Shown here: piece after piece, positions 47,090 through 55,142 of the stretch
How positions within the stretch are numbered: the first letter of the stretch is position 1
Layout of the letters: each line of letters opens with the position of its first letter
Source: an uncultured Candidatus Saccharibacteria bacterium
GTDB taxonomy: Bacteria > Patescibacteriota > Minisyncoccia > Phycocordibacterales > UBA9973
Length of the DNA stretch: 64,000 nt
Reading direction: 5' to 3'
NCBI GenBank assembly: GCA_964496425.1
Contig: CAZBZO010000003.1
Location: forward strand, 55,728 to 119,727
The notes under the pieces: model-generated
Databases searched by the model: none
What the model was told of the DNA's origin: nothing
The model's input: the letters and a program-made list of their open reading frames with translations, nothing else
Position numbers and translations under genes: made by a program

Positions 47090-47130
47090 GAAAAGCGCTC
47101 AATGTAATATACTGAGCGCTTCTTTTTTTC
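47090..47130. terminator. Bidirectional intrinsic terminator between convergent genes
   Basis: GAAAAGCGCTCAATGTAATATACTGAGCGCTTCTTTTTTT. The mscL stop is at 47131 on the opposite strand. Confidence 0.65.
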
Positions 47131-47544
47131 CTACAAATGTTTTTCTTTGAGCAAATCTCTGATTTCAATAAGAAGTTTTTCTTCCGTCGTTGGTGCGGGT
47201 GGAGTTTCTGGCGCTTTTTCTTTACGAAAGCGATTGACCTGTTTGATGATGAGATAAATTGCAAAGGCAACGATGATAAAATTTATAAGTGCGGTAATAA
47301 ACATGCCGTAATTCCAAGTGACAGCCTTGCTCGTTTCAGTCGCTGCTTTAAGAATGAGGAGTTTGTCAGAAAAATCGAGCCCGCCAGTGACAAGCGATAG
47401 AACAGGCATAATAATGTCGTTTACAAATGATGTCACCACGGAGCCAAACGCCGCACCGATAATGACACCGACTGCAAGGTCTACCATATTGCCTTTCATG
47501 GCAAACTCTTTAAATTCCTGAAGCGTAGAACTGTGTGTTTCCAT
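47131..47544 (-). CDS. mscL: Large-conductance mechanosensitive channel
   Basis: [25 protein letters not shown] is nearly identical to the E. coli MscL N-terminus ([25 protein letters not shown]). The start was chosen at the METHSS Met. Confidence 0.85.
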   Translation of the reverse strand: METHSSTLQEFKEFAMKGNMVDLAVGVIIGAAFGSVVTSFVNDIIMPVLSLVTGGLDFSDKLLILKAATETSKAVTWNYGMFITALINFIIVAFAIYLIIKQVNRFRKEKAPETPPAPTTEEKLLIEIRDLLKEKHL

Positions 47545-47666
47545 ATAATACAATTATACGCGCCACATTATAAAAGCCAACCTGGTATCACATATTGGTT
47601 TGTCATTCGTTTATATTAGTGGACCGATTATTATTCGATTTAATTGCTAATTTTTAGCCTACTATC

Positions 47667-47834
47667 ATGCTTGGATGGAGTATTACATTTCTAATCGTTG
47701 CGCTTATCGCAGGAGTTTTGGGATTTACCTCGATTGTCGGTATTTCAATCGGAATCGCTAAGATTTTATTCTTCGTCTTTTTGGTTCTGTTCATTATCTC
47801 GCTGATTACCGGCCGCGGCACTACTGCTGCCTAA
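47667..47834 (+). CDS. DUF1328/UPF0391-family small membrane protein (55 aa), below the track threshold
   Basis: Manual translation gives [55 protein letters not shown]. It is a paralogue of 48753-48941 ([44 protein letters not shown]...). Confidence 0.5.
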   Translation: MLGWSITFLIVALIAGVLGFTSIVGISIGIAKILFFVFLVLFIISLITGRGTTAA

Positions 47835-47885
47835 CTCTCCCTACACAACGAACATTAAAAAATCGAGACTGATAGTCGCGATTTT

Positions 47886-48593
47886 TTAATGTTCGTATAT
47901 GAAATGACCATCACCGTTTTGATCCGGCAATTCGCCCCGACGGAAACTATTGACCAGGTTGTGCGCCAGACGTGTGACGTCTGGCAAACGATATTTGTGC
48001 GAAGTGGCAAGTGCAATATCAGCGGCATCAGCAATCGTTGCGCGATGTCCGGGAGAAACAAAGATGGGTTTTACTTTATCTTTCGTCCGAAGCACCACGC
48101 CGAGCCTTTCATTATTTTTGGGATCTTTAAGGTATGAAAAATCACCCTTCACCATACCCGGCTCCTCATAGCTGCCATAGAGAATACTTTTTGCAAAACC
48201 GATCGTCGGTATATCGATCGCAAGACCGAAATGCGCCGCAATCCCAAGCCGTCGTGGATGAGCAATACCATGTCCGTCGACAACAACCACATCCGGTCGA
48301 TGTGTTATTTTTTCCCAGACAAGAAGCAACGGCGGGATCTCGCGAAATGAGAGAAGCCCCGGAATGTATGGAAAATCCACTTCGATCTTTACGAGTGCAT
48401 GTTCGATCGGCAAAAGATCAGGATACGAAAGTACGATTATCCCGGCATAGACATCTTTTTCATATTTATTAAATGACACATCAGCTCCCGCAATACGAGT
48501 GATGGGCCGCGCAATTGGTTCTTGTCTGAGCTCTTCGCGTATCTTTTTTTGTATTTCTATGGCCTCACGTGGCGTAGCGTTCCAGGTATGCAT
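47886..48593 (-). CDS. nfi: Endonuclease V (deoxyinosine 3' endonuclease)
   Basis: IAGADVSF...PYIPGLLSFRE...VVVDGHGIAHPRRLGIAAHFG are the conserved EndoV catalytic motifs. Confidence 0.85.
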   Translation of the reverse strand: MHTWNATPREAIEIQKKIREELRQEPIARPITRIAGADVSFNKYEKDVYAGIIVLSYPDLLPIEHALVKIEVDFPYIPGLLSFREIPPLLLVWEKITHRPDVVVVDGHGIAHPRRLGIAAHFGLAIDIPTIGFAKSILYGSYEEPGMVKGDFSYLKDPKNNERLGVVLRTKDKVKPIFVSPGHRATIADAADIALATSHKYRLPDVTRLAHNLVNSFRRGELPDQNGDGHFIYEH

Positions 48594-48752
48594 ACTCTTA
48601 GTATACCCGGGTTCACTTTAAGAAAAATAAATAACCACGAAAAGCCTGTATTGCCAAGAATCACAAGATACAAGTCCATACGTCTTAAACACTAGACCAC
48701 TACGCTCTATGGCGTATAATGGAAATATTATTAATTAAGATATAATAAATAT

Positions 48753-48941
48753 ATGCTTAAATGGAGTTTTATTTTTCTCGTTATCGCGCTTATCGCTGGA
48801 CTTCTCGGATTTACTACAATAGCAGGTACATCGATTGCTATTGCCAAGATACTCTTCTTTGTTTTCCTTATCGTCTTTATCGTTATGCTTGTGCTCGGTA
48901 GTGCAGCAGTCAAAGGAATCAAAAATACTATTCAGAAATAG
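48753..48941 (+). CDS. DUF1328/UPF0391-family small membrane protein
   Basis: 62 aa with 2 TM. It is paralogous to 47667-47834. Confidence 0.5.
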   Translation: MLKWSFIFLVIALIAGLLGFTTIAGTSIAIAKILFFVFLIVFIVMLVLGSAAVKGIKNTIQK

Positions 48942-48953
48942 TTTCTTAAAATA

Positions 48954-48983
48954 AAAAACAACCACTATTGTGGTTGTTTTTTA
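48954..48983. terminator. Bidirectional intrinsic terminator between convergent genes
   Basis: AAACAACCACTATTGTGGTTGTTTTTTATTTT lies between convergent genes. Confidence 0.65.
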
Positions 48984-48999
48984 TTTTGTTTTCAATTCT

Positions 49000-49839
49000 T
49001 TAGATAACATAGATATCCTGATTGTACTCGCCGACCCCTATATGAGTCGCCTCACCTCGAAGTATTTTTTCAAATGGCGTGCACGAAAAACAACCCCCTT
49101 CCCCTCTCGGGCACGCAAATTCTTTTTTGGCGCGCGCGTTTTTGACCTTGCGTGCGACTGCCAGGACTCGTTCTTTCGCTTCGACTAGATCAGGCACCGT
49201 CATCGTCTCCGGCATATCGGAGCGATCCAAGTACCAATACGAAACTCCAGATACTTTTCGCTTTTGGAGAGCGTTCAAAAGGAGTGCATAGATCGGCAAC
49301 TGAAGTGAACCCTCTTTTTCATCATGCTTGCCGGTTTTAAAATCAAGGACATGGATCGAATCATCTGCCGGCACGTACGAGAGCCAGTCGATTTTGCCAC
49401 AGAGTATTATATTGTCGTCGTCCGAAAGGAAAAAATTCGGCGGCATACCATTGTGTCCCTCTGGAAGTTTTACAACTTTTTCGCGAAGCATACCAGGATG
49501 AGCCGCGACGCGCTCGATCATTTCCCGTCCACGCGCTTTACTCGCTGCTTCCTCTTCTTCACTTTTAAATCCACCCTTGAGGCCAGTAAATTTTTTCCAC
49601 GCTACTTCGAAGTCAGTCAGCAGATCGTGATCAAATCGCTCTTCGGCTTTAAAGCGCGCCAAACCTTCAACGACTTCATGCACCGCGGAGCCAAGCGAAA
49701 GTGCCGGACTCGCGAGTGTCATCTTGCGATTGGTCTTTGGATCTTTGTAGACATTGTGCAGATAATACGCCCGCGGGCAAGAAAGATAGTCCCCCATAGA
49801 CGAATGTGACACCCACACTGCACTGTATTTGTCTTGCAT
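49000..49839 (-). CDS. PD-(D/E)XK nuclease with a Cas4/AddB-like Fe-S cysteine cluster
   Basis: An N-terminal Cys (YLSCPRAYYL), a core GKIDWL...VLDFKTGK (D...D/ExK) and a C-terminal CPRGEGGCFSC give the four-Cys arrangement typical of Cas4/RecB-family nucleases. Confidence 0.55.
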   Translation of the reverse strand: MQDKYSAVWVSHSSMGDYLSCPRAYYLHNVYKDPKTNRKMTLASPALSLGSAVHEVVEGLARFKAEERFDHDLLTDFEVAWKKFTGLKGGFKSEEEEAASKARGREMIERVAAHPGMLREKVVKLPEGHNGMPPNFFLSDDDNIILCGKIDWLSYVPADDSIHVLDFKTGKHDEKEGSLQLPIYALLLNALQKRKVSGVSYWYLDRSDMPETMTVPDLVEAKERVLAVARKVKNARAKKEFACPRGEGGCFSCTPFEKILRGEATHIGVGEYNQDIYVI

Positions 49840-49863
49840 GTATTGATTATATAGCGAAAAGAA

Positions 49864-50643
49864 ATGAGAGGAAAGAATATGCTACAATCACGCCATATGA
49901 CTAAGCCAAAGGCCAAATTTATTGAGTCTCTCCACCTAAAAAAAGCACGGAAGGAAAAAGGATTGTTTTTGGTTGAGGGCGGGAAAAGCATCCTCGAGCT
50001 TGCACGATCTTCGTTTGAAATTCTCGAACTTTACACTACGAAAGAATTTTATACGGAGCACCTCGATATTCTCTCAAAATATAAAAAAATCTTGGAAATC
50101 GTTGAATCTGGTGAACTTCAGAAAATAACGACACTTGAACACAACGACACCAGCATTGCTATCGTCAAACAAAAAGAAAATATTGCATTTGAAATCAAAG
50201 ACAATGATATTATTATCGCCCTCGATGATATTCGCGACCCGGGCAACCTTGGCACCATCATCCGCACGGCTGATTGGTATGGAGTAAGTAAGATAGTCTG
50301 CTCGAAGGAAACGGCAGAATTTTATAATCCGAAAGTTATCGCCGCTTCGATGGGATCTTTTACTCGCGTCGCTGTCTACTACACCGATCTTGCGACATTT
50401 TTCCAAAAAAATAAAACACCAGTGATCGGTGCAGTTTTAAAGGGTACTTCGGCTCATAGCTTTGATTTTCCTACATCCGGAATTCTACTTCTCGGCAATG
50501 AATCAAACGGTATTCATGGATCCCTTCTCCCGCTCATCACACACCCAGTCACAATACCAGCATACGGAAGCGCAGAGTCGCTCAATGTCGCTCTAGCAAC
50601 AGGCATACTCTTGGATAATTGGAAGCGATCAGAGAAGGCCTAG
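49864..50643 (+). CDS. TrmH/SpoU-family RNA 2'-O-methyltransferase
   Basis: IIALDDIRDPGNLGTIIRTADWYGV is SPOUT motif 1, and LLLGNESNGI...ESLNVALATGILL are motifs 2 and 3. The start could be the internal MTKPK Met at 49897. Confidence 0.75.
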   Translation: MRGKNMLQSRHMTKPKAKFIESLHLKKARKEKGLFLVEGGKSILELARSSFEILELYTTKEFYTEHLDILSKYKKILEIVESGELQKITTLEHNDTSIAIVKQKENIAFEIKDNDIIIALDDIRDPGNLGTIIRTADWYGVSKIVCSKETAEFYNPKVIAASMGSFTRVAVYYTDLATFFQKNKTPVIGAVLKGTSAHSFDFPTSGILLLGNESNGIHGSLLPLITHPVTIPAYGSAESLNVALATGILLDNWKRSEKA

Positions 50644-50645
50644 TT

Positions 50646-52850
50646 TTATTTTTCAATCGCAAAGCGAGCAAGCAAGTAGGACAGCGTAGATTCAGCACCT
50701 TGATTGAGATTGATTTCTTTTTCCAAAATCCCGTCATAGCACCCACCGTCTGGCGTACACATCGTCTGATGGTGAACATTGTTGCCCAAAAACCAATCAA
50801 AGGCAAGGTCTATTTTTTGCTCGTACTTTTCTTCATGTGATATCTGATACATTGCACCGAGCACGCACACCAGTGCCGCTACTTCTTCTGGCTGTTGATC
50901 AAAAATATGTTTTGTTCCTCCCCGCTTAAGCCAGCCTGCTTGTCCCACCGGTGCACACAAATCGCCGTCAAAACTTTTTGTTACTAAAAAATCAAGTGTG
51001 GCTTGCGCGACATCAAAATATCGCTGTTTCCCTGTTGCGACAAAAGCGACAAGCAATGCTTCAGGCAATACGCCATTGGAGTAAGAGAGCACTTCTTCAA
51101 ACCATTGCCATTCGTCACTTGCAACATGCTCGTAGTGAGCAATCAATACCCGCGCGTACTCTTCAAGGATTGTGCGCACTCCATCATCATTGTGCTCCGT
51201 AAGCCATGTACCGAGCGCCTTGATATAAAAGGCAATCGCTCTCGGCGAATGGAGCGTCTCTTTCAAATGAGACCTCAGAGAAAATATTTCTTTCGCTTGG
51301 TCTTTTTCTGCTTGACCGATCGAGGAAGTGGCTGCCACCGAGAGAGCATAGAGTGCGCGAGCATTGGCATCATCAAGGTTTTCATTTTGATTGCGCTCAA
51401 CATCCGGCAGACCTTCTTTTGTAAAATAATTTATAAATCCTCCACTTGATTTCATGGAGCGCTCCATAAAATCCAAATATATTTTGATGAGGGGAAGTAT
51501 TGTTGTGTCGCCGCTCGTATCCCAATATCTGATTGCAACAATAAGTGCGCGGGCATTGTCGTCGAGCGTGTATCCCCACTCTGGATCTGGCTCGTCGAGT
51601 ACAGCAAATTGAAACATCCCAAACGAATCCGTGAGCCTGCGGAAATGAACAAGAGAAATTGGTGGCACATTTTTTTCTTTCCGTGCAATCTGTGGCGACA
51701 GCTCACGAAAGACCCTCATATGCGAAAGCGCCACATTTTGCCAGGCCATACTACGAGTGCGAAAATATGCTGCTCGGCCCATACTCAACAGAAGACTCGG
51801 ATCGCTCAAAAGCGCACAGACTTCTTTTTCTATGCCTTCAGATTCACCAAAAGAGATGAGCCGCCCAATCTCTGGCGTCACTACTTCCCGAGCTTGCGTA
51901 AACGGTGTTGAAATCACCGGCCGTCCGGCGCCGAGCGCATAGGTGAGCGTACCGGAAACCGCTTGATCGGGGTCTTGTACGAGTGACAAATAAATATCAG
52001 TTGCTTGGAGAAAATCGAGCAATTTCGGCACATTAAAATATTCATTATAAAAAATAACGTTCTTTTCAAGTCCGAGTCTCCGTACAGTTTCTTCTAAAAA
52101 TTCACGGTAGCGCTCTCCTTCGTGACTTAAGATCACAGGATGCGTCGCGCCGATCACGAGATAGACAGTATCAGGATATATCTGGACAATTTTCTGTAGT
52201 GCCGCAATCCCGTACTCAATGCCTTTGCCACGGCTCAACAAGCCAAATGTTGAAAGAACATGTTTACCCGTAAGTCCAAGATGCGCTTTGGCATCCGTCG
52301 TATCACGATACGGTGCAAAATGAAGTCCGTGCGGGATGATGCGAACCTTTTCCTCCAAAACACCGTACACCTCGTGCAAGATTTTTTTTGATGCTTCTGT
52401 CATGACAATGAGTCGGTCGGCCCGCGCTACGAGCGCTTCCATGAGTGCTTTCATTTCGTCTCCCGGATGCGGGAGTACCGTATGAAGCGTGATCACGACT
52501 GGTTTATTAAGTCCCTGTAAAAACGTCAGAATATTTTTCCCATAGTCATCGCCGAAAATTCCAAATTCGTGTTCAATAAGGACGAGCGACACATCCCGCA
52601 TGGCGTTTATTTTATCTCTCGTCTCTATATAGTCGCTTTGATTATTCTCAGAAATCTTCATTACCACTTTTTTGCCGTAAGAAAGGTGCGCCAAGATATC
52701 GCTTTCAAGCGCAACAACACCGGTGGTAACTCCATCCGAATACACCCGGTCAAAATTTTCGACTAGATCAGAACTATAAGTGGCAATACCACATTCTCGC
52801 GGCGGATATGTCGAAATAACAACAATTGTATTTTTTTTGTCTTTTGGCAT
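50646..52850 (-). CDS. Fused GT4-family glycosyltransferase and six-hairpin (GH63/GDE-like) glycoside hydrolase domain protein
   Basis: The start is taken at MPKDKKNTIVVISTYPPRECGIATYS, immediately after the upstream stop. The preceding approximately 98 codons of the track ORF look non-coding. The N-terminal approximately 420 aa are GT-B/GT4-like (EX7E-type C-terminal motif region). The C-terminal approximately 330 aa (FQFAVLDEPDPEWGYTLDDNARALIV...) are alpha/alpha-toroid hydrolase-like. Confidence 0.55.
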   Translation of the reverse strand: MPKDKKNTIVVISTYPPRECGIATYSSDLVENFDRVYSDGVTTGVVALESDILAHLSYGKKVVMKISENNQSDYIETRDKINAMRDVSLVLIEHEFGIFGDDYGKNILTFLQGLNKPVVITLHTVLPHPGDEMKALMEALVARADRLIVMTEASKKILHEVYGVLEEKVRIIPHGLHFAPYRDTTDAKAHLGLTGKHVLSTFGLLSRGKGIEYGIAALQKIVQIYPDTVYLVIGATHPVILSHEGERYREFLEETVRRLGLEKNVIFYNEYFNVPKLLDFLQATDIYLSLVQDPDQAVSGTLTYALGAGRPVISTPFTQAREVVTPEIGRLISFGESEGIEKEVCALLSDPSLLLSMGRAAYFRTRSMAWQNVALSHMRVFRELSPQIARKEKNVPPISLVHFRRLTDSFGMFQFAVLDEPDPEWGYTLDDNARALIVAIRYWDTSGDTTILPLIKIYLDFMERSMKSSGGFINYFTKEGLPDVERNQNENLDDANARALYALSVAATSSIGQAEKDQAKEIFSLRSHLKETLHSPRAIAFYIKALGTWLTEHNDDGVRTILEEYARVLIAHYEHVASDEWQWFEEVLSYSNGVLPEALLVAFVATGKQRYFDVAQATLDFLVTKSFDGDLCAPVGQAGWLKRGGTKHIFDQQPEEVAALVCVLGAMYQISHEEKYEQKIDLAFDWFLGNNVHHQTMCTPDGGCYDGILEKEINLNQGAESTLSYLLARFAIEK

Positions 52851-52851
52851 A

Positions 52852-53889
52852 TCATTTCTTCGAAGGAGAAGAATTTTTAAGTTCAGTAAGAAGCTCTGAA
52901 AGAGACCCTGTCGCAAGTCCGATGTATCGGTCGGAGGCACCGTAGTAAATGAAAAGCGTATCGCCATCGATATACCCGCCCGATGGAAAGACCACACCGG
53001 AAACGGTGTCCCACACGCTTTCGCGCTCATACCATTCTTCCGGTTCCAAAATATTATACGAGAGCTTACCAATACACACACGAGGATCCTCAAGCTTAAG
53101 GAGTGCTGCGCGGGCAGCATAAACAACCTTACCACCTTCACCACGTTCCACGTGATGATAAATCACCAGCCAGCCTTCAGGAGTTTCCAAGGGCGGCAGG
53201 CCTGGACCGATACGTGCATCAGCTTCGTGTGTCGGCCAAATAAGGGAATACTGATCCGACCAATTTTTTAAATCTGTAGAAAATGAAATCCAAATCGCCG
53301 GTAAGTTTGGCAAATGAAGCGGAAAATGTGACACAACATCTTCCTTTTTTTCCGCAAGCATGCGCTCCTGCCAACTTCTGGTCCAGTGATAGGGGCGATG
53401 AAGCATGGCATAGCGGCCGCCGATTTTTTTCGGGAAAAGTACCAAGTCTTTATTGTCTGAGCCTTCAGGAGATATAATGCCAAGATTTTCGTATGTTATA
53501 AAATCGCGAGTTTTTAAAAGTGCGATCGATGTCACGATCGGAGTCGGAGATGGAGCGCCGTCATACATAACACGAGACGGTACCGCTACGTAGGTAACAT
53601 AAAATTCTCCATCGATCGCCACCACGCGCGGATCTTCAGTCGCCCACGCATCAAAGGTTTGGTGCGGACCAAACACAGGCACTGACGACGCACGTTCAAA
53701 CGAAATACCATCCGTACTTTTGGCCAAACCAAAATGTGATGTATAGGAGTGCCGCTCGCCAACGGCTCGATAGAGCATCACGATACCACTATCAGTTTTG
53801 ACAATGCCAGGATTGAATACGCCCGCCTCTTCCCATGGAAGAGTCGGGGTAAGTATTGGGTTTGAAGAATGACGGGTCAGCTTATACAT
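52852..53889 (-). CDS. GH130-family beta-mannoside phosphorylase/hydrolase-like protein
   Basis: MYKLTRHSSNPILTPTLPWEEAGVFNPGIVKTDSGIVMLYRAVGE is the characteristic GH130 N-terminus (5-bladed propeller). Confidence 0.65.
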   Translation of the reverse strand: MYKLTRHSSNPILTPTLPWEEAGVFNPGIVKTDSGIVMLYRAVGERHSYTSHFGLAKSTDGISFERASSVPVFGPHQTFDAWATEDPRVVAIDGEFYVTYVAVPSRVMYDGAPSPTPIVTSIALLKTRDFITYENLGIISPEGSDNKDLVLFPKKIGGRYAMLHRPYHWTRSWQERMLAEKKEDVVSHFPLHLPNLPAIWISFSTDLKNWSDQYSLIWPTHEADARIGPGLPPLETPEGWLVIYHHVERGEGGKVVYAARAALLKLEDPRVCIGKLSYNILEPEEWYERESVWDTVSGVVFPSGGYIDGDTLFIYYGASDRYIGLATGSLSELLTELKNSSPSKK

Positions 53890-53891
53890 AA

Positions 53892-54242
53892 TTAGATTCG
53901 CCCATATTTATCTTCGAGCCTCGTAATGTCTTCTTCGCGAAAATTCCCAAATGCGATTTCAAGTATCTCTACATCGTCTTTCGGCGCGGCGATCTGGTGT
54001 ATTGCTTTCACTGGAACTGTAAACTCATCACCTGGTTTGGCTTCTACTATAGTGTCCCCAATCCTGATAGTCGGATGGCCGGAGATGACATGCCAAAATT
54101 CGCTCCGTTCATTGTGATATTGAAGGCTCAAGCTAGCACCAGCATGTACGGAAATAACCTTTACTGTAGAAGGATCATTTAGCGTAAAACGCCGAAAACG
54201 CCCCCAAGGGCGTTCTTCTTCATAGGATGAAATTGATGACAT
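53892..54242 (-). CDS. Cupin-domain protein, mannose-6-phosphate isomerase type II-like
   Basis: EERPWGRF...SLQYHNERSEFWHVISGH...GDEFTVPVKAIHQI is the cupin 2 motif set found in PMI/GMP C-terminal domains. Confidence 0.6.
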   Translation of the reverse strand: MSSISSYEEERPWGRFRRFTLNDPSTVKVISVHAGASLSLQYHNERSEFWHVISGHPTIRIGDTIVEAKPGDEFTVPVKAIHQIAAPKDDVEILEIAFGNFREEDITRLEDKYGRI

Positions 54243-54293
54243 ACATTGATTATGCCACTCTTTACCCCCTATCGGCAAGTAAATTAAGCTTTA

Positions 54294-54683
54294 TTAGTTG
54301 GCAGCTTTCGGGATAGATTGTATGCTACTGCTAAAACTAACCGGATCATTATTAACGCTTATGATAGGAGTACAGGTGTCCATGTTGCCGCAATTCCCGA
54401 CGCTCCCTGTCCCGCACCAAAACTGCGTACCACCCGCTGCTCCGCTACAAATAGCGCCACAGCCGCCATTATCATTTTCCCACCACATACAACTAATCTC
54501 TTGCATCGGGTCACCAGCATGCCCATCAATCACAACCGTAGGAGCAGTGTTGACGACGCGTGCCGTACCACCGAGGGAGTCACCGTGGCCAGCTGTGTAG
54601 GCAAAATAGCCAACACCAACAATAATCGCAACGAGAAGAAACATACGAACCGCACTATACTCAGGATTTTTTAAAAAATTCAT
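54294..54683 (-). CDS. Small secreted Cys/Gly-rich protein, hypothetical
   Basis: N-terminal TM or signal with 9 Cys in a Gly-rich C-terminal half (CMWWENDNGGCGAICSG...WCGTGSVGNCGNMDTC). Confidence 0.4.
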   Translation of the reverse strand: MNFLKNPEYSAVRMFLLVAIIVGVGYFAYTAGHGDSLGGTARVVNTAPTVVIDGHAGDPMQEISCMWWENDNGGCGAICSGAAGGTQFWCGTGSVGNCGNMDTCTPIISVNNDPVSFSSSIQSIPKAAN

Positions 54684-54749
54684 GTGTGTAAGCTCTGAGA
54701 GCTAAAATTATTTATACTAATTCGACAATAAAAAAAATTATACTACAAT

Positions 54750-55097
54750 TTAATTACTCATACTTTTAATCTCCTCAGGTGTCACACTCGGTGGCAACAT
54801 ATTGTTTTTGATTTTTGAAATCACCAACTCGGCAACATATTGCGCCTCGGCTTCGGTCGCAAATCCTGTGTTGCCACCAACGGCAGGCTTGGTAGGCTGA
54901 TGCACGTAGATATTGCCGTCGATCAAAATGTCGTAGCCAAATGTTCCGTCAGAGTTGGTAAGGATGGTAGTCGTAACAACCGAATCAGCATACGGATTTA
55001 CTGTCTCTTCTTTTTTATTCTTATCCAAATACAACGCTCCGCCAACAATGACTGCAAGAAAGACTACAACAATAATAATTTTTTGAGTGGTGTTCAT
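54750..55097 (-). CDS. Small membrane-anchored protein, hypothetical
   Basis: 115 aa with an N-terminal TM and the motif DGTFGYDILIDGNIYVHQP. Confidence 0.4.
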   Translation of the reverse strand: MNTTQKIIIVVVFLAVIVGGALYLDKNKKEETVNPYADSVVTTTILTNSDGTFGYDILIDGNIYVHQPTKPAVGGNTGFATEAEAQYVAELVISKIKNNMLPPSVTPEEIKSMSN

Positions 55098-55142
55098 GAT
55101 TTCAATTTGTAATTAGTAATTTTAAATTCTTAATTATCTATC

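Noticed and set aside
50646-53144. The 832-aa version of the GT4-hydrolase fusion ORF, with an N-terminal 98-aa extension
   Set aside because: The extension (MVKVVRLFMLPAQHSLSLRILVCV...) has non-protein-like composition and overlaps the 3' end of the GH130 gene in another frame. The ATG at 52850 sits immediately after the upstream stop, the usual coupling pattern here.
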